Below the pieces are notes generated by a model. It saw only the letters and a list, made by a program, of their open reading frames with translations. It searched no databases and had not been told where the DNA came from. From contig WELA01003517.1 in NCBI GenBank assembly GCA_009602735.1, forward strand, positions 211,141 through 236,573: 25,433 nucleotides of DNA. Direction: 5' to 3'. A program made the position numbers and the translations under genes. Origin of the DNA: Mesotaenium endlicherianum. Lineage: Eukaryota. Of this stretch, positions 20,534 through 25,433 are shown in pieces (within the stretch, counting starts at the first letter, position 1; every line of letters starts with the position of its first letter).

Positions 20534-22730
20534 TTTCGTGGTCTGCAGAGGTTTCTATGGTTCTTGAGCCTGTCCCTGACGCACTAGAGGGGACTAAGGT
20601 TGCCGTTAGCCTTCGGCTAACAGTCCTCATATATGTACATATTAGTTCATTATTTGACAGGCTGGCATTGCACCTGTCCTACTGAATAAAGCGGCAATCT
20701 TGGAAGAAACTCTTTGAAAGTGCTGATGATTTGTCTATTTGTGAGGATTTTGCTCTTGATTAGCAATTCACTTTCATTCAATGTTTGCAAGCTTGAGTGT
20801 TTGAAGTTGCCGAACAGTACAATACTTTTTGAAACTTTTTACAGGTCTTCAATGCTTTGCTATTGCACACAGTTACCATTTCTTGTTCCATAAGTACACA
20901 CAGATACGGTGTGGTTACATTGTAGCACTTCACCTCATTTTTCAGGAAAAATGTTTCGCACTAAACAGGGACACATGTAACACGCATTTTTGTCCCAGGC
21001 ATATTAAGCATTGTGAGTTGAAGCTACGTCAGGCACTGCTGGCAGCCAGCTGTGATGCAAGAAAAATGACCTCAATCAATGAAAAGGTTTGTCATTTTGG
21101 AGTAAAGCCACAAGGCTATGCCTGGCAAACCTGCTTGTGCAGGTGCTATATATCAATGCAAGCCATCGAAGCTGTGACATGAATATCTTCATGAACATTA
21201 CATCGTCAGTAACCCGTGAGTCTTGGCTGTCATGTGACGAGATATCGTTGAAGGTATACTGGGTAGCAACTCAATTGCGCTTGGTAGCACTTGACGTGTC
21301 ATTGACCCGTATGTGGGTGTGTACGTGCTTGTGACATCGGCCAACCCTGATAGACAGTCTCGGGGAGACCACAGGAAGTTGGACTCAAATGAATATTTAT
21401 GCAAGCAGAATTGAGAGCTGAAGCGCAATTTATGAGGTTTTTTGTGGAGATTCGAACAGCACTTTATGCAGTCTCATGATTGAGCAAAAGAAAGAGGTAA
21501 GAAATTGCAAAGTATAGCAGTATTTGCCACCATTATACACGCCCAGCAACTGATTGACGTTAGCTTCAGAAGCAATGTCCAGGATGAGCCACTCGTAATA
21601 AATGTCACCAGGGAGAATATATTTGCTGCGATTAGGTGCACATGCAACACGAGAATATACAGTTTCCTTTTATGCTACCAACGCACATTTCTTACAAAAG
21701 CCCAAGCATGCAGTTCGAGCAGGAATCACCAGAAGTCAACTGCAGGCTGCACACATGCGCTAAGGGATGCTAAGCCAGCTAGGAAACTCCACGAGTGCCT
21801 CATAATCTGCATGTCACTTTTTGGCACACACCTCTTTCATGAGGGACCCCAAGCGTGCATGTTTAGCAGCAGTCCCTTATCAAAACCCAGAGTGGAGGGA
21901 CACAATCCAAGTGTACGGCGCATACTTACCGAGCTATATGCACGTCCTCTCTTGCAATGACCCCAATAGAACGGCTCTTGGCAAAGTTCAGCAGACTGCC
22001 ACAAGACCCTCGCACATGCGAAATAAATTGCAATGCAAAAGTACTCAAGTCTGCAGCTACAATTGTTCTATGCTACCTGTGATTTGAGTCAAACAAGAAC
22101 CAAACAACTAACTAATCATAGTCCATCACAAATTGAAGCAGTTGGTACGAAGTACGCACATATTACCAGGTCAGTCATACTAGGCTGTCTGTCTACCGAA
22201 GCAAAAGCAAGCTGATTTTCTACACAAACAATGACCTCCTCTGCAAGCTAGTTCCAGAGAGAGGTATTTAAGTGAGATGTTCTATACACTACTACAGTAG
22301 CAGGGCACTGCAATCTAACTGCTGACGCCAAGGAGCAGCTTTACACTATACATAGAGAGCCCTCCTTGCAATATATATATGATATATACTAACGGCAAAC
22401 AGAGCAGCCCAGCACGTCGCAGGGGGGAGGCAGAAGCGCCAGCCGCGTCTGGAGCTTCCATAACAACCAAAACAATGTCTGTATTTACAGCCCAAATATA
22501 CATACGGGCACTTCTCCAAGCCGTTCCAGATGCACACGTCTCTCGCACACATTCCTGGCTAAAAGGTCCACAAGGACGGACTCTATACCAAGTGCGCTTT
22601 GCCCAGCCTGACCATGTTCCACACTCCCCTCTCCAGGCCCCCCTTCACACCTATTGAAGCCGCACACAGCAGGCAGGCCCACTGGCCCCCCCGCCCACCT
22701 CCATCCCTCCTCCTGCCCTCCTCGTAGCTT

Positions 22731-24731
22731 CTAGTCTGACAAGGAGGAGACGGGCACGGGTGACGGCTTAAGAATGCTGAGGCACAGCCCATGGTCGCAC
22801 ACGTCGGGCTTCTTGTAGTGCGAGACGCAGGGCTCCCCCCCATCGGCGCCGACGTCCACAAGCGCCGTGTCGCCTGCCTCAAACGCGCCCTGCAGCAGCG
22901 CCTCGCTCAGCGGGTCCTCCACGAGGCGCGTGACGGCGCGCCGCAGGGGCCGCGCGCCGTACGCGCGGTCGTAGCCCTCGTCACCGATGCGCGCGATGAG
23001 CGCCTCCGAGATCTCGAGCCCGACGCCGCGCGCGCGCATCCGCGCCTTGGTCTCCTCCAGCATCATGTCCACGATCTCACGCACCTGCGCGGGCCGGGAG
23101 GAGGGGGGGGCAAGGGCGGGCAGGGCGAGGCAGAAAAGAAACAAGCAAGTGAGTGAGCAAGCAAGCGAGCAAGGAAGCAAACGGGGCAACGAACGAAGGT
23201 GTAAGCATTTTCCCAAAACTGGCAGCAACAAAGAGCATGGTATTGTCCGTCCCAGGGCTGATGGAAACTGTCATCATAAGCACCAGCAACTGGACACGAC
23301 ATCACGACTCTGCATTGCAAAGGGCAACCTCAGACGCTCACGGAGCGCCAAAATATGCATCAGCAAAAGTTGCATCCATCCACCACTTAACATTTGCAGC
23401 TCTACCCGTTCCACATTCATGTATCTGCAATGCTGCCGGTGACAGCAAAAGAGAATGGGGAGCGTCAGGCGTCATTAAACGAAAGAAAAGAAAAGCTGAG
23501 AAACACCCTTCCTCAGCCCCTGATCATCTCAGTACTCCACAGTCAATGACACAAACTAAGACATAAGTTGGGAAAGCCAGGAATAAAGAAAGAGACGGGG
23601 ACAGGGCAGGAAGAGAAGGGGGCGGGGGGGNNNNNNNNNNNNNNNNNNNNNNNNNNNNNNNNNNNNNNNNNNNNNNNNNNNNNNNNNNNNNNNNNNNNNN
23701 NNNNNNNNNNNNNNNNNAAGGGGAGGGGGAGGGGGAGGGGGAGGGGCACAAGGAAGGAAGGGGGAAGGGCACGAGGAAGGGTAAGGGGGGAGCATACCTG
23801 CGACTTCTCGAGGGAGCGGAAGACCACAACCTCGTCCAGGCGATTGAGGAGCTCCGGGCGGAAGTAGCCCTTGAGCTCGTCCATCACGAGCTCCTTGAGC
23901 GCGGCGTAGCGCCCGCCGTCGGCGTCCTCCGTCGGGAGCTGGAAGCCGATGCGGTTGCTGCCGCCCCGAGCGATTTGGGAGGACCCGATGTTGGACGTCA
24001 TCACGATCAGCGTGTTCTTGAACGATACCTTGCGGCCCTGCATGCACACACGCACGCAAACGCGCAGGGAACGCACGCGTATAAGTATACACGGCCGCAC
24101 ATCCACCTCGTTGATAGGTTATAAGCATGGCGAGAAAGGGCGTCTGACGGACTCGGAGCGCGGACTTACAAGTATTCCTTGAAAAGATAAAGTTCTATGG
24201 AAAAGAAAACAAATCAACTCCCTAAATCCTTGCAAACTGAAGAAAAAGGTTGTCGTCCAAAATTCAGTCATTATGTGGCAGAAGGGGGGGGGAGGGTTCG
24301 CACAAGAGAAACCTTCTATATGCATGCCCAAACAAGCAATATGAAGACCGGACACAACAAGATGCTGAAACTCCCTCCCTTCTTTCCACACACCCTCTGA
24401 GAAACAAGCACGCCCGCAGGTGCCGCCCAGTGAAGACAGACCGCCAAGAGGCGGCGGCACAACATGAGAGCAGGGTGCGACTTTAGCGGGTGGGCACCTG
24501 CGAGTCGGTGAGGCGGCCGTCCTCAAAGAGCTGCAGCAGCAGGTTGAAGACGTCAGGGTGCGCCTTCTCGATCTCATCCAGCAGGATGACGGTAAAGGGG
24601 CGGCGGCGCACGGCCTCCGTGAGCGTGCCGCCGTCGCCGTAGCCCACGTAGCCGGGCGGCGAGCCCACCAGCTTGCTCACCGTGTGGCGCTCCATGTACT
24701 CGCTCATGTCCAACCTCACCATGGCCTCCTC
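22731..24731 (-). CDS. clpD: Chloroplast Clp/Hsp100 chaperone ClpD (ERD1), last three exons: 24731-24498, 24037-23798, 23084-22731; 5' exons are beyond the window
   Basis: AAA+ NBD2 motifs [55 protein letters not shown] and [25 protein letters not shown] and EDPLSEA fit ClpD better than ClpC as I recall those sequences. All junctions are GT-AG, phase 0. Confidence 0.9.
23631..23717. other. Assembly gap (87 N) in a G-rich tract within a clpD intron
   Basis: Run of n flanked by G-runs and GGGGGA repeats. Confidence 0.99.
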
Positions 24732-25433
24732 CTGCACCCACGCGCCCACGTTGTACGCGCCACGCACACGCAAAAGCAGAGGTCAGCACGCGCGCACACA
24801 CGCAGCATCCGGGCGCGCGCGTGCTCGCACATGCACAAGCATGCGTACGCGCACACATCATGGCCCCCCCACACGCAGAGCGAGTCGCGGGCGCACCGGG
24901 TGGGACTGGGCCAGAGTCCCAAATGAAGGCACCCAGCTGAGCTCCGGTGAGCTGAGCTGAGGCAACTGAGGCAACTGCAGTTGAGAAGGTCCAAACAAAG
25001 GCCGACAAACCTCATCTGCTGGCCCACCGGTTCCTATGCTATTCACACAGATTCCGCCAGGCCAGGCCAATAGGGACCACAAGGGCCTCCAGAAGACGAG
25101 AGAAATGCTGGCATTCTCACACAAGCCCGCACGCATGCAGTGGCCCCGTGACACTCCCCAAGCAAAGAGTGCAGCTTGCCACCCGCGACGATGAGCGTGG
25201 GCCCGCGTGACCCACTACAACTCGCTGCCAGCGTAAGTACAACCCCCACAGATAATGCGAGCAGCCTTGTGAAAAGCACAGTACAGCAACCACAAAAATG
25301 TTCACGAGGGCAACCCCCATCCCCTCCAAAAATTCCTCGATGCATGTGCAAGAGCGTACGCCCAGGCGACAGCATGGGTCCCCCTAGATACCCATTTCTG
25401 GAACAAGAGCAAGGGCGGCGCCGGGGGGGGGAG

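Noticed and set aside
20600..22700. Short ORFs between the TPS-like gene and clpD
   Set aside because: Mostly non-ATG starts, with no motifs or consistent exon structure; probably UTR and intergenic sequence.

Overview
Eukaryotic window, probably from a plant or green alga: it has spliceosomal introns, a plastid ClpD gene and chromoviral retrotransposons. Bases 1-17100 are a nest of mobile elements. Copy A, a Ty3/Gypsy element on the - strand with intact gag and open pol, runs off the left edge. It is inserted in reverse orientation into the gag of copy B, a decayed chromodomain-bearing member of the same family on the + strand. B carries an extra 553-aa ORF of unknown function between pol and its 3' LTR, bracketed by two hairpin+PPT modules. 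B abuts an older gag-protease Gypsy relic (C, - strand), whose LTR cuts into a DIRS-type tyrosine recombinase pseudogene. After a repeat-rich spacer comes a two-exon gene whose motif order resembles microbial-type class I terpene synthases, but with every catalytic motif substituted. Convergent to it are the last three exons of ClpD (ERD1). All calls were made by eye; no searches were run.
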